From positions 61,568,001 through 61,632,000 of the forward strand of contig CM059432.1 in assembly GCA_030390025.1 (NCBI GenBank): DNA of 64,000 nt, read 5' to 3'. How positions within the stretch are numbered: position 1 is the first letter of the stretch; each line of letters opens with the position of its first letter. The stretch is from Squalus acanthias. Its lineage: Eukaryota. The notes beneath the pieces were generated by a model. That model saw only the letters and a program-made list of their open reading frames with translations. It did no database searches and was not told the origin of the DNA. The translations under genes were made by a program, and so were the position numbers. This document shows positions 23,783 through 35,980 of the stretch, one piece after another.

Positions 23783-24459
23783 AATGTCTTTGAGAGGCAT
23801 AATACAATAAATGCATGCTACGCGCAAGGCTTTTAATGGATACTAATCGATCTTCTGTGGAGTATCACATGTGAAGTGAAGACCAAGTATAGTCTTCAGG
23901 TTATTCGGGCTGAGAAGGTGGGGAAAATTGGCCCAGGGAATGCTGACGTAATTTAGTCCCCATTTGTTAGTAATCAAGGCCACTCATTTAGTTTCCATGC
24001 AATGTGCACATAATCATAAAATTCAGGACCAAAAATATCATTAACACTCTTACAATAGTAATGTAATTTGACTTATTCAATCACTGGCTTTGATAAAACA
24101 ACTTATCCTCTAACTCTGCCTGAGTAATACAATAGAAGATCTACTAATAAATTAAATAAGAAGTTATTTTTGTACCTTTCTAAAAAATGTATAACAAAAG
24201 CTATATGCTGTAATTTATGAAAAGGTTAAGTTTACAATTTGCAATGCTGTTTTAAACTATCGGCAATAAAATCCTTAGAGGGTTTTTCTGATCTCTTTTT
24301 GGAATCTGGGGGAAACCCTGCGGAAATTGTACCCCTGTGTGTTCAAAATCTAGTCATCTGAACCATAGTGTAAAAATAATTAAATAACATGGAGAGATCA
24401 TTGAAAAAGTTAGCTGCTCTGCCTTTTTCAATTTGAGCTTACGGAGAGGAATCAGGTTG

Positions 24460-25578
24460 GTTTTAGTGTACTGACTTGGATAGAGAACTGGTTGGCAGAC
24501 AGGAAGCAAAGAGTTGGAATAAACGGGTCTTTTTCCGAGTGGCAGGCAGTGACTAGTGGGGTACCGCAGGGATCGGTCCTAGGACCCCAGCTATTCACAA
24601 TATATATTAATGATCTAGACGAGGGAACTAGATGTAATATCTCCAAGTTTGCAGATGACACAAAGCTAGGTGGGCGTGTGTGCTGCGAGGAGGATGCCGA
24701 GAAACTCCAGTATGATTTGGACAGCTTGGGTGATTGGGTAGAAGCATGGCAGATGCAGTATAATGTGAATAAATGTGAGGTTATCCACTTTGGTGGCAAA
24801 AACAGGAAGGCAGATTATTATCTGAACGGCAATAGATTGGGAGAAGGGGAAGTGCAATGAGACCTGAGTGTCCTTGTGCACCAGTCGCTGAAGGTAAGCA
24901 TGCAGGTGCAGCAGGCGGTTAAGAAGGCAAATGGTATGTTGGCCTTCGTAGCGAGAGGGTTTGAGTACAGGAACAAGGATGTCTTGCTGCAGCTGTACAG
25001 GGCCTTGGTGAGACCACACCTTGAGTATTGTGTGCAGTTTTGGTCGCCTTATCTGAGGAAGGATGTTCTTGCCATGGAGGATGTGCAGCGAAGATTCACC
25101 AGACTGATACCTGGGATGGCAGGAATGACGTACGAGGAGAGATTGGGTCGATTGGGCTTATACTCGCTGGAGTTTAGAAGAATGAGAGGAAATCTCATTG
25201 AAACTTATAAAATTCTAACAGGGCTAGACAGACTAGATGCAGGAAGGATGTTCCCGATGGCGGGTGAGTCCAGAACAAGAGGTCACAGTCTAAAGATAAG
25301 GGGTAAGCCATTTAGGACAGAGATGAGGAGGAATTTCTTCACCCAGAGAGTGGTGAACCTGTGGAATTCTCTACCACAGAAGGCAGTTGAGGCCAAGTCA
25401 GTAAATATATTCAAGAAGGAGTTAGATATATTTCTTAAGGCTAAAGGTATCAAGGGATATGGGGAGAAGGCAGGGACAGGGTACTGAGTTTGGATGATCA
25501 GCCATGATCTCATCGAATGGCGGAGCAGGCAAGAGGGGCCGAATGGCCTACTCCTGCTCCTATCTTCTATGTTTCTAT
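24460..25578 (+). mobile_element. 5'-truncated CR1 (RT C-terminus plus 3' UTR)
   Basis: GVPQGSVLGP, KFADDTK, RPHLEYCVQFW, one in-frame stop at 24858-60, the ggccgaatggcc hairpin and a ttctatgt tail. Confidence 0.95.
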
Positions 25579-25584
25579 CATCTT

Positions 25585-27340
25585 AATGATTGGCTAACTA
25601 ACAGGAAACAGAGAGTTGGGATAAATGGGTCATTTTTCGGTTGGCAATCAGTAACTAGTGGGGTGCCACAGGGATCAGTGCTGGGGCCTCAACTATTTAC
25701 AATCTATATTAATGACTTGGATGAAGGGAACATGTGTACTGTAGCCAAATTTGCTGGTGATACAAAGATAGGTGGGAAAGCAAGTTGTGAAGAGGACACA
25801 AAGGGCTGGATTTTGATACTGGGGCGGGTTGGGGTCCTGTCATCCACTTTTCATGTTATCCACCCGACTGCAATTGGATGTGGGAGATTGATGCGATTTT
25901 CACCTAATTAGGCAATTGTGTTCCAGCATGTGGGAACCCATGACCCAATTAGTGTTTTCAGTCTGAAAGTCGCCTCTGATGATGTCATCATTGCTGCTGC
26001 ATTGAAGGTCTGCAAAGACTGCCTGGCCTTTGCTGTGAGAGGACCTGGATGTAAAATGAGCAGCAGCAGCCGCCCTAAGTCTGCTCCCAGATATTTTTGC
26101 ACCACCACTCCCAGATATGTCTCCCATCCACCACCACTCCCAGATATGTCAGCCAGCCAGCCATCCAAATGTGCTCCCGCCAGGTTTCACATTCGTGGTT
26201 CGGAACAGGTGTGCGTCACGTAGAAAAAGGGTTAAAATCACAAAGGCCTTTCAAAATGGCATTATAGAGGCAATTTAGTGCTTGTTAAGGGCCTTAACAG
26301 CCTATCCCGCCTCTTAGAGGCGGGACGGAGTCGGGACCAGCAGACATGATTTAATGAAAATTGCATGGAGGCGGGCTTGTGCCCGCCTGCCAGTTTTCAC
26401 AATTTTAACCCCCCACATGCCTCCAAACCCACCTCCACGGGTCAATGAAAATCCAGCCCATTGAGTCTGCAAAGGGATATAGATAGGTTAAGTGAGTGGG
26501 CAAAAATTTGGCAGATGGAGTATAATGTGGGAAAATGTGAAGTTATCCACTTTGGTAGGAAAAATAAAAAAGCAAATTATTATTTAAATGGAGAGAGACT
26601 ACGTAATGCTGCGGTACAGAGGGATCTGGGGGTCCTCGTACATGAAACACAAAATGTTAGCATGCAGGTACAGCAAGTAATTAGGAAGGCAAATGGAATG
26701 TTGGCCTTTATTGCAAGGGGGATGGAGTATAAAAGTAGGGAAGTCTTGCTACAACTGTACAGGGCGCTGGTGAGACCACACCTCTGGAGTACTGCGTACA
26801 GTTTTGGTCTCCTTATTTAAGGAGGGATATATTTGCATTGGAGGCAGTTCAGAGGTGGTTCACTAGGTTAATTCCTGAGATGACGGGGTTGTCTTATGAA
26901 GAAAGGTTGAGAAGGTTGGGCCTATACTCATTGGAGTTTAGAAGAATGAGAGGTGATCTTATTGAAACATAAGATTCTGAGGGGGATTGACAGGGTAGAT
27001 GCAGAGAGGATGTTTCCCCTCGTGGGGGAATCTAGAACTAGGGGGCATAGTTTCAGGATAAGTGGTCGCCCATATAAAATGGAGATGAGGAGAAATTTCT
27101 TCTCTGAGGGTCGTGAATCTTTGGAATTCTCGACCCCAGAGAGCTGTGGAGGCGGGGTCATTGAATATATTCAAGGCGGAGATAGACATATATTTGAGCT
27201 ACAGGGGAGTCAAGGGTTATGGGGAGTGGGCGGGAAAGTGGTGTTGAGGCCAAGATCAGATCAGCCATGATCTTATTGAATGGCGGGGCAGGCTCGAGGG
27301 GCCGAATGGCCTACTCTTGCTCCTATTTCTTATGTTCTTA
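25585..27340 (+). mobile_element. Second 5'-truncated CR1, interrupted by a MITE
   Basis: RT motifs lie on both sides of 25803-26459 (...EEDTK | SLQRDID...). Tail is ttcttatgttctta. Confidence 0.95.
25803..26459. mobile_element. Harbinger-type MITE inserted in CR1 ORF2
   Basis: Perfect 12-bp TIR gggctggatttt / aaaatccagccc. The 3-bp flanks AAA and ATT are a degenerate TSD. Confidence 0.85.
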
Positions 27341-27869
27341 TATTATCCTCTAACAAAAAGCTTGAAGTTCATGTTCTGCTTCCTGAATGGAAAGAAATGC
27401 AGCGCCTGAAAGGGGATACTGTATTTCCTGACTGCTGCTAAAATTGTACAGAGTTCTGGTGTATCAAGTTCAATACATATTAAATCAACAACTCAAAGCT
27501 CCCATTCAGCTTAAAGAACAAAGATCAGTGGCTTCTCTGCTGTGAGAAGATATTTCTTCTCCTTGCTTACATGCATTTTTTAGGCTGTTCTTGCTGTGCA
27601 AAGCACAATTTTATAACTGTAACCCGACCAGAAGTCACTTTCAGGCCCTGCATTTCCCATCTTTCAGAATCAGGATCACTGGTATTTTTCTGGAGAGGTG
27701 AAGTTTAAGCAGCCTGGCTATACAGCAAATAAAGTTGTGAAATATATGCTGCTCCTCCCAAAGGGGTGTTTTTATTTTTTTTTAAATCATAGATTAAAAC
27801 ATTGAATCTGCTGTTGGAAAATTCTATAGGTAACCATTACGCTTTAGATCAAAAAGTCTTAGTTAATCA

Positions 27870-30641
27870 AGGAACATAAAACAAAATAGTAAAATCTTCT
27901 ACAGGCACATAAATCAAAAAAGGAAAGTCGGGATGGGAATAGGACCACTAAGAAACGGTAAGGATAAAATCACAGGCAGCAATAGCAAAATAACAGAAAT
28001 ATAATAATTATTTTGCTTCAGTATTTGCCAGGGAGATGGATCAGGTGGACATGACATCGGAAGATGAGGTTAGAAATGATATAACTGCATGCAAAATAAA
28101 AAGAGGAGAAATATTAAATAAACTAATCAAACTCAAAGAGGATAAAACCCTTGGTCTGGACAGATTGCATCCATGCATTTTAAAAGAATCTAGGGAAGAG
28201 ATAGCAGAGGCACGATTACACACACTTCATAATTCGTTAGAAAAAGGTGTAGTGCCAGAGGACTGGCAGATAGTTAACATTATACCTATATTTAAGAAGG
28301 GAGATAGAACATGTCCAGGGAACTATAGACCAGTTAGCTTAACATCAGTAGTAGGAAAAATAATGGAATCTCTACCAAAGGATAAAATTTTAAAAATCTA
28401 GAAACCAAAAATAATAATAATGAGTAGTCAACATGGATTTCAAAAGGGAAAGTCTTGCATGACCAACCTCATTGAATTCTTTGAAGAAGTAACACAGAGA
28501 GTAGAAAAGGGTAATGAAGTAGATGTAATATATCTAGGTTTCCTAAAGGCCTTTTGATAAGGTACATAAGAAATAGGAGCAGGAGTAGGCCATTTGGTCC
28601 CTCGAGCCTGTTCCACCATTCAATAAGATTATGGCTGATGATCTACCTCAACTCCACCTTCCTGCCCAATCCCCATATCACTTGATTCCCTTAATATCCA
28701 AAAATCTATCGATCTTTGTCTTGAATATACTCAATAAATGAGCCTCCACAGCCCTCTGGGGTAGAGAATTCCAAAGATTCACCACCCTCTGAGTGAAGAA
28801 ATTTCTCCTCATCTCAGTCCTAAATGGACGACCCCTTATTCTGAGACTGTGACCCCTGGTTCTAGACTCCCCAGCCAAGGGAAACATGCTCCCTGCATCT
28901 ACCCTGTCAAGTCCTGCAAAAATTTTGTATGTTTATATTGAGATGAGATCACCTCTCATTCTTCTAAACTCTAGAGAATATAGGCCTTGTCTACTCAATC
29001 TCTCCTCATAGGACAATCCCCCCATCCCAGGAATCAGTCTGGTGAACCTTCGTTGCACTCCCTCTATGGCAAGTATATCCTTCCTTTGGTAAGGAGACCA
29101 AAACTGTACATTACACTCCAGGTGTGGTCTCACCAGGGCCCTATATAATTGCAGTAAGACATCTTTACTCTTATACTCAAATCCTCTTGTAATAAAGGCC
29201 AACATACCATTTGCTTTCTTAATTGCTTGCTGTACCTGCATGTTACCTTACAGTGATTCGTATACAAGGACACCCAGGTCCCTCTGAACACCAACATTTC
29301 CCAATCTCTCACCATTTAAAAAGTACTCTGCTTTTCTATTTTTCCTACCAAAGTGGATAACTTCACATTTCTCCACATTATATTCCATTTGCCATGTTCT
29401 TGCCCACTCACTTAGCCTGTCTATATCCCCTTGAAGTCTTTTTGCATCCTCCGCAAAACTTACATTCCCACCCAGCTTTGTATCATCAGCAAACTTGGAT
29501 ATATTACATTTGGTCCCCTCATCCAGATAATAGACTAATGAATAAGGTCAGAGCATGCGGAGTCAGGGGACAAGTAGCAGAATGTATAGCTAGCTGTCTG
29601 CAAGACAGAAAGCAGAGAGTAGGGGTAAAGGGTAGCTATTCAGAGTGGCAGAAGGTGGGAAGTGGGGTCCCACAGGATTAGTGCTGGAACCACTGTTGTT
29701 CACAATTTATATTAACGATTTAAACTTTGGAATCAAAAACACAATTTCTAAATTTGTGGATGACACCAAATTGGGAGGGATGGTCAACACTGAGGAGGAC
29801 TGCAATAAACTTGCAAGAAGACATTAATAAACTTGCAGAATAGGCATATCATTGGCAAATTAATTTAAACATAGATAAGTGTGAGCTATTACATTTTGGT
29901 AAGAAAAATAAGGAGGTCACATATTGGAAAATACGAATCTAAATAGGGTAGAGGAGCAAAGAAATCTGGGAGTACAAATACACAAATCACTAAAAGTTGT
30001 GACGCAGGTTAATAAGGCCATAACAAAAGCAAACCAAGCACTAGGGTTTATTTCTAGAGGGATTGAATTGAAAAGTAGAGAAGTTATGCTAAACTTAGTT
30101 AGACCACACTTAGAGTACTGTGTATACTTCTGGTCAGCATATTATAAAAAGGATATAGAGGCACTGGAGAGGGTGTAAAAAATATTTACAAGGATGATAC
30201 CAGATTTGCAAGGTTATACCTATCAGGAAAAGATGAACAGGCTGGGTTTCTTTTCTCTTGAATAGAGAAGGCTAAGGGGTGACCTAATAGAGGTCTTTAA
30301 AATCATGAAAGGTTTTGATAGAGTAGACACAGAGAGAGTGTTTCCACTTGTGGGGAAGAGCAAAACTAGGGGCCATCAATATAAGATAATCACCAATAAA
30401 TCAAATAGGGAATTCAGAAGTAGTGAGAATGTGGAACTCGCTACCTCAGGGAATGGTTAAGGCGAATAGTTTAGATGCATTTAAGGGGAAGTTAGATAAG
30501 TATATGAGGGAGAAGGGAATACAGGGTTATGCTGATAGAGTTAGATGAGGAAGGATAGAAGGAGGCTCGAGTGGAACATAAACGCCGACATGGATTGGTT
30601 TGGCCGAATGGCCTGTTTCTGTGCTCTATATCCTATGTAAT
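27870..30641 (+). mobile_element. Older AT-rich CR1, interrupted by a younger CR1
   Basis: PEDWQIVNIIPIFKKG, NYRPVSLTS, KFVDDTK and RPHLEYC with many stops. The 3' UTR ends at ~30640. Confidence 0.9.
28564..29526 (-). mobile_element. 5'-truncated CR1 nested antisense in a CR1
   Basis: ORFs 28933..29241 and 28678..28887 encode the RT C-terminus, and the tail is at 28564. Host sequence rejoins across a shared ATAA. Confidence 0.9.
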
Positions 30642-31029
30642 CTAAATTTATAGCTGAAATTACGTGTATCTACACTTAAATCCCCAAAGATGTAATTGTG
30701 CTACAGAAGAAATAAAATCCAAATATCGCTGTAGAAGGAAAATAAAAATGTAAAAAGTGAAGAAACAAATGGGTATGTTTTGTTTCTTGGACTGTTAGTT
30801 TTCCTACTTTATCAGTTTATTGAGGCTAACATTCTTCCATGTGAAAAATTGCTGGGAGTAATCTTTCACTCGTTTGACAGTAATTTTAACATCAGAAACC
30901 TAACCAATTCCACTTACATCTGATGCCAGTTTCACAGTTCTGAAGTGGCCTCTTAACTAGTATATATGTCCTCCAGATATGTTAAGTCAGCTGCAGACAG
31001 TGCAAATCTCAGGGCTACTATATCTCAAC

Positions 31030-31252
31030 CATGGACAAGAAAAACTTGGTTTCTGAATATGTCTCTATCCAGATTATTAGATGCTGTCTTAAGAGGGTAG
31101 AAGCTCTTCAGTTCAGTGTTAATATCTAAAAGGCTAGGTGCCAATGTATGTGGCATTAGGTTGCCAAAAGGGTAAATGCTGTGTTCCCAAAATCTGGACC
31201 ATGAATGAGATCAGGGAGAAGTTCAATAACTTGCGCAAAAGCTCAAAGATAA
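31030..31252 (+). pseudogene. Isolated ancient Harbinger Myb/SANT exon-1 relic
   Basis: TRKTWFLNMSLSRLLDAV...W.*VAKRVNAV...WTMNEIREKFNNLRKSSK followed by a decayed donor (ataag). Confidence 0.55.
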
Positions 31253-32619
31253 GCTAATGCTGCTACGCAAATGAAAGTTAAAAGGGCAGGTATGGCTTAT
31301 GAGATCTTCAATGGCAAGCTGCTTGCATTTTGGTGGCTGAAATCAGGAATTTGCTGTAGTGGAAAACACAGGTGGACAATCGTGTTATGAAATGATAGGG
31401 TGCAGTACAGCGATGTACCAAAGGTCAACCAGGTTTTATGTACTTTTTATGAGTGCTTAAATAATACAAATGTATATCAGAGCACTATAATGGTGATGGT
31501 GTTTTTGGGAATTGAATATTTTTGGATTAACATAGTTTTGTGTCGGTGTGTTTTTTTATTTCTGTTACATACTTGAACTATTTTTCCTCCTATTTCTCTC
31601 ATACTTTTTGTAAGAAAGAGGATCGTAGTTGTCAGCACCACTCACATTTTTAATACAATTTTTGATGGTAAAGAAGTAGGAGTACGGCAGGAACAATGAG
31701 GGAAGACGACCAAATGGGGATGACCTGAGGCCCGACAGATTAGTGTTTCTAATAAAACTTAGGTGCAGTGCACAGAAACAGATCTGAGAAACAGTAAACA
31801 TACTTTAGAGAGAGAAAGACACACTCCCAACTTAGCTCGCGCTAAATATTTTCTTAGCCTGACAATATTTCTGGGATGTAGAAAATTGATGTGTAGTATT
31901 TTAGGAATGCTAATTATAATGAATGCTTTGATAATTTTGTGTACATTTCAAATACCTAAAGTTTTATGGAGTGAAATGGAATGTTTTAAATGTCTAGTTA
32001 AATATAGTTTGTAGCAACTTCATAATCTCCAGTTTAAAATGTGTGTTGCACCATACAATGGTTAACCAACAGGAAGAGAAAGGCAGTCTTTTTGTTAAAG
32101 TTTTGTTTCTTTTCCGACTCATGTCGCCTGTGATTATGAGGATATGCAACTAGTTTACTCTCGGGGGAGCGGGAGATGCAGGGGGAGATGCAGTTGGCTT
32201 CCTATCAGTGTCCCTTTACCTCCAAAATCTAAGGTAAAATCCAGCACAAACAATTATATGAAACTTTTCTTTCTTCAGTCTCAAGCCAATTTATATTGAG
32301 TGCAAATCTACTATACAAAAATTGTCCATAATTTGGCACTATGTTGGAAATAAAGGCCGGAATCTTTACCTGAGCATCGGGGCAGGTGCTTGCGGGCCGC
32401 GTAGCAGGTCGCCATTCCGAACTTTTCAACAGCATTCCGAACTTTTCAACAGCGTTCTGCACTGTGCGTTTAACTCAGTTGATGCAATTGAAAGAGTCAT
32501 GACTCTGTTTCCCGGCCCAATTAAATGGAGCGGATCTGATGATGTCACCAATGACTCATTTTCAGCTATTTAAAGCATCCTTGCACACATCTCATTTGAA
32601 GGTTGCTGTAGGGGAGATC

Positions 32620-34780
32620 AAGATGTTTGGAAGAGCTACAAATTGCTGCATAATATTGAGATTTCTGTGGGTCAGGGAGTCAGAGCACGCAGGGAGGTCC
32701 TCTTCCCTGCGGATGGCCGCAAAAGACCAACCAAAGACACTAAGAGGGCATTGCTAGAGATCGCAGAGGAGGTCAGCAGCAGGGATGTGGTGAGGCGTAT
32801 GTGGATCCAGTGCCGCAAAATGATCTCATGAAGTCAGGAAAGGTGAGTGCAATACCACATTCACCTACATCCTGAAGTGCCTATCGCCCCAACCCCATCA
32901 CTCTGCCTTCCCAAGCCTACTCCTGCACATCACTCCTCACACCAACCTACCTTGCAGGTGCACCCATCCCTCTCTGTCTATGCACCTACTCACCCCCCTA
33001 TCTGAATAACCACCACTGACACTCACCCTCATCCTAATGCAATTATAGCAAGTAACACCACAGAAGGAGGCCATTTAGCAATGTGACGCCACTCCCTCAT
33101 AGTCACCCTCTACAGATGTAGCCTATCCATTCCTTACACTTATTCCATCACTCGCACTTAAAGTTCCCTTCTTTCCCTCCTTTCAGGAGAAGAGAGCCCA
33201 GAACAACAGGGAGAGGCAGAGAACCAGAGGTGGCCCTCCAATATTCACAAATTTGACTCCAGCAGAGGAGGAGGCGCTAAAATTCTCTGGAGTTGCAGAG
33301 CTGCTGGCGGTGGGAGATGGAGAGAGGGGGATCTCCCAGAAACCTGGTGACAGAATTAATATCATACAGCCACATGGCATACAACAGTCACTCATGGTGA
33401 CTGATGTCAGCAGCCAGTGAAATGTCATCATGTGCATAATGGTAACGTTACACATTCTTATTATAAGACTTCTAATTCATCTCTTTACGCTCTCACAGGT
33501 CCATCAAGTGCCACCCCCATCCCCACCCCCCTACCAACTGTCCAGCCGGAGGAGGAAGTCGACTCCTCAGAGGAAGCTGCAGTCTCTGAGGGTGCACCGT
33601 CACCAGACCCATGCACACCCAGCACCAGCGCAGATAAGCGTGCCTCAGTGGGTCCTGTGCAAGTCACCTGGTGTCTCACACATCACAATTGAGCAAGAGC
33701 AGATGGTGGAGACAGGGACAGCAGTGGAGAGTCTTTGCCAGAGGGCGCAGGATGCTCCAAGCTCTGCTGAGCTGCATGCAGATGCTGAACCTCGGGGTCC
33801 ATCAAGAAAGAGGTTGATCTTGGAGGAGCAGCAACAATTGCATGAGGCTCTGGCAGCTTTTACAGCCGTGATGTGTGTGACTGTACAGAGATTGGAGGAG
33901 TCTAGAACCAGAGGTCACAGTCTCAGAATAAGGGGTCGGCCATTTAGGACTGAGATGAGGAGAAATGTCTTCACTCAGAGGATGGTGAATCTTCGGAATT
34001 TTCTACCCCAGAGGGTTGTGGAGGCTCAGTCGTTGAGTATATTCAAGACAGAGATCGATAGATTTTTGGATATTAAGGGAATCAAGGGATATGGGAATAG
34101 TGCAGGAAATTGGAGATGAGGTAGAAGATCAGCCATGATTTTATTGAATGGCGGAGCAGACTCGAAGGGCCAAATGGCCTACTCCTGCTCCTATTTCTTA
34201 TGTTCTTATGAGCACCACCATCTTGCAGTCGATGGTGACGATGTGCTGTTCCATGGAAAGGATGGCCACCTGCATGGAGCAGCAAATGTGCCAGTCCAAC
34301 GAGAACATACTTGCTGTGAACAACAGATTGCAGACACTCATTGACCTCATCTCGAGGAGGGATATTAATGTAGATTTGAGCCTTCATTGCCCCACTGAAT
34401 TGCAGCAAGGTGCTATCCAGCTCCTTGCTAGCAGGGAAGTGTGGGTGGCCCATGAGAGGGATGATGGTGACAGGGGACATGGAAGTGGGGGCTCTGCCCA
34501 AAGTGCTCCCACTTCTCCCCCATTGCCTCCCCCTCAGTCAGAGCCCCACATGCTGCCTCAGATCCTGATTGCCAAATCTTCCTCCTGCGCAGTTGCAGGA
34601 GGAGCAGACTTTGGCAGGGCCCTCACAGACTCCAAAACCCAGAGGATGTCTGTCAAAACTGTCAAAGCAGTCAGAGCAGGGAAATGAGCAGTACCTCTGC
34701 TGAAGCCACAGGGGTTGCAACTTGTAAAACCATGTGTAAACAAAAAAGGACACAATCCTAGATGCACAAGGGTATGCACA
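32620..34780 (+). pseudogene. Myb/SANT-like gene of element C (3 exons)
   Basis: Exon 1 reads RREVLFPADGRKR...EIAEEVSSRDVVRRMWIQCRK...|gtgagt (~32842). Exon 2 runs ~33187-33346 (tttcag|EKRAQNNRERQRTRGGPP). Exon 3 starts at ~33499 and is broken by a CR1 tail. Confidence 0.8.
33898..34209 (+). mobile_element. Short CR1 3' fragment inserted in the Myb exon 3
   Basis: ESRTRGHSLRIRGRPFRTEMRR...; ends in ttcttatgttcttat. Confidence 0.9.
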
Positions 34781-35169
34781 TAGGTGTATGAAAAAATGTT
34801 AATGTTAAGTTTCAGTTATATTTATGACCCACATAAATTTATTTCTTTGCACAACTTTCCCGTCTTGTCCATTTTTGCTGCTACCTGGGAAGTGGCCTTG
34901 TCACTTGGAGTGAATGGTGACATAACCTCGAGCAATGGGGGTTTGGGTGACGGGAATGGCTTGGTCATTGTAGGACTGCTTTGTGGTGTTGCTAGGTTGA
35001 GGGTGGGGAGAGTTGGTACATCATCTGGGAGCCAGATGGATGCACTGGTGCAAGTTAAGTAAACCTCAGGTTCTTCCTCCTCCTCCTCATGTTCCACCTG
35101 TTCCTCCTCCTTCTCCTCCTCCGAAGAGGCTGTGCGCTCTGCACCTTGCTCCTCCTGCAGCTCCAATCC

Positions 35170-35980
35170 TCACTGCTGCGCTGTGTTGTGCAGCGCGCAG
35201 CAAACGACGATGATTCTGGAGATCCTGGCTGGTGCATACTGAAGGGCTCCTCCAGATCTGTCAAGGCATCTGAATCGCATCTTCAGCATGCCGATTGCTT
35301 GCTCTATGACACATCTAGTGGGCATGTGGCTGTCATTATAACACTCCTCGGCCTCATTGCTTGGCCTCCTCAAGGGTGTCATCAGCCACGTCTTCAGTGG
35401 ATAGCCCTTGTCTCCAAGCAGCCAGCTGGTACGTCTGTTTGGAGGTGCGAAGAGCTGAGGGAGGGTGGACTGGCGCAGCACAAAAGAGTCATGACAGCTG
35501 CCAGGGAATCTGGTGCACACATGCATGATGATCTTTTTGTTGTTGCAGACAAGCTGCACATTGAGGGAGTGGAAGCCCTTGCGGTTCACAATCACACCCG
35601 GGTGACCTGGGAGTGCCTTGATAGCCACATGTGTGCAGTCGATGATGCCCTGCATCTGTGGGAAGTCAGGCAGAGCCACAAAGCTGAGTGCCCGCTCAGT
35701 AACACTGGCCTCATCAGTGGCAAAGTTTATGTAATTGGCTGACTTGTGAAACATGGCATCAGTCACCTGGATGATGCATCTGTGGGCGGCCGACTGCGAG
35801 ATCCTGGAAATGTCTGCTGCAGATCCCTGGAAGGAGCCTGAGGTGAAGAAGTTGAGGGTGGTTGTGACTTTGATAGTCACTGGTAAGGCATGTCCACCAG
35901 GTCCTCTGGGCAGCAGGTCTTGTTCCAGCAAGCTACAAATGTCTGCGACGACCTCGCACGATAGCCTGAGCCAACACAAA
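35170..35980 (-). pseudogene. HARBI1-type transposase of element C; catalytic core open, native N-terminus missing
   Basis: Continuous frame with [28 protein letters not shown] and VIEQAIG (D, D, E all present). It stops at AQQ*, just before the acidic tail. Confidence 0.9.

Larger units (their letters stand above)
32355..35980 (-). mobile_element. Harbinger element C (different family); transposase-side end lost
   Basis: Left TIR ggccggaatcttt, Myb gene on plus, transposase on minus. The sequence switches abruptly to B-family sequence at ~35981. Confidence 0.85.

Noticed and set aside
33430..34119. 229-aa ORF as a novel gene
   Set aside because: It is a read-through of Myb intron/exon 3 sequence into an inserted CR1 tail.
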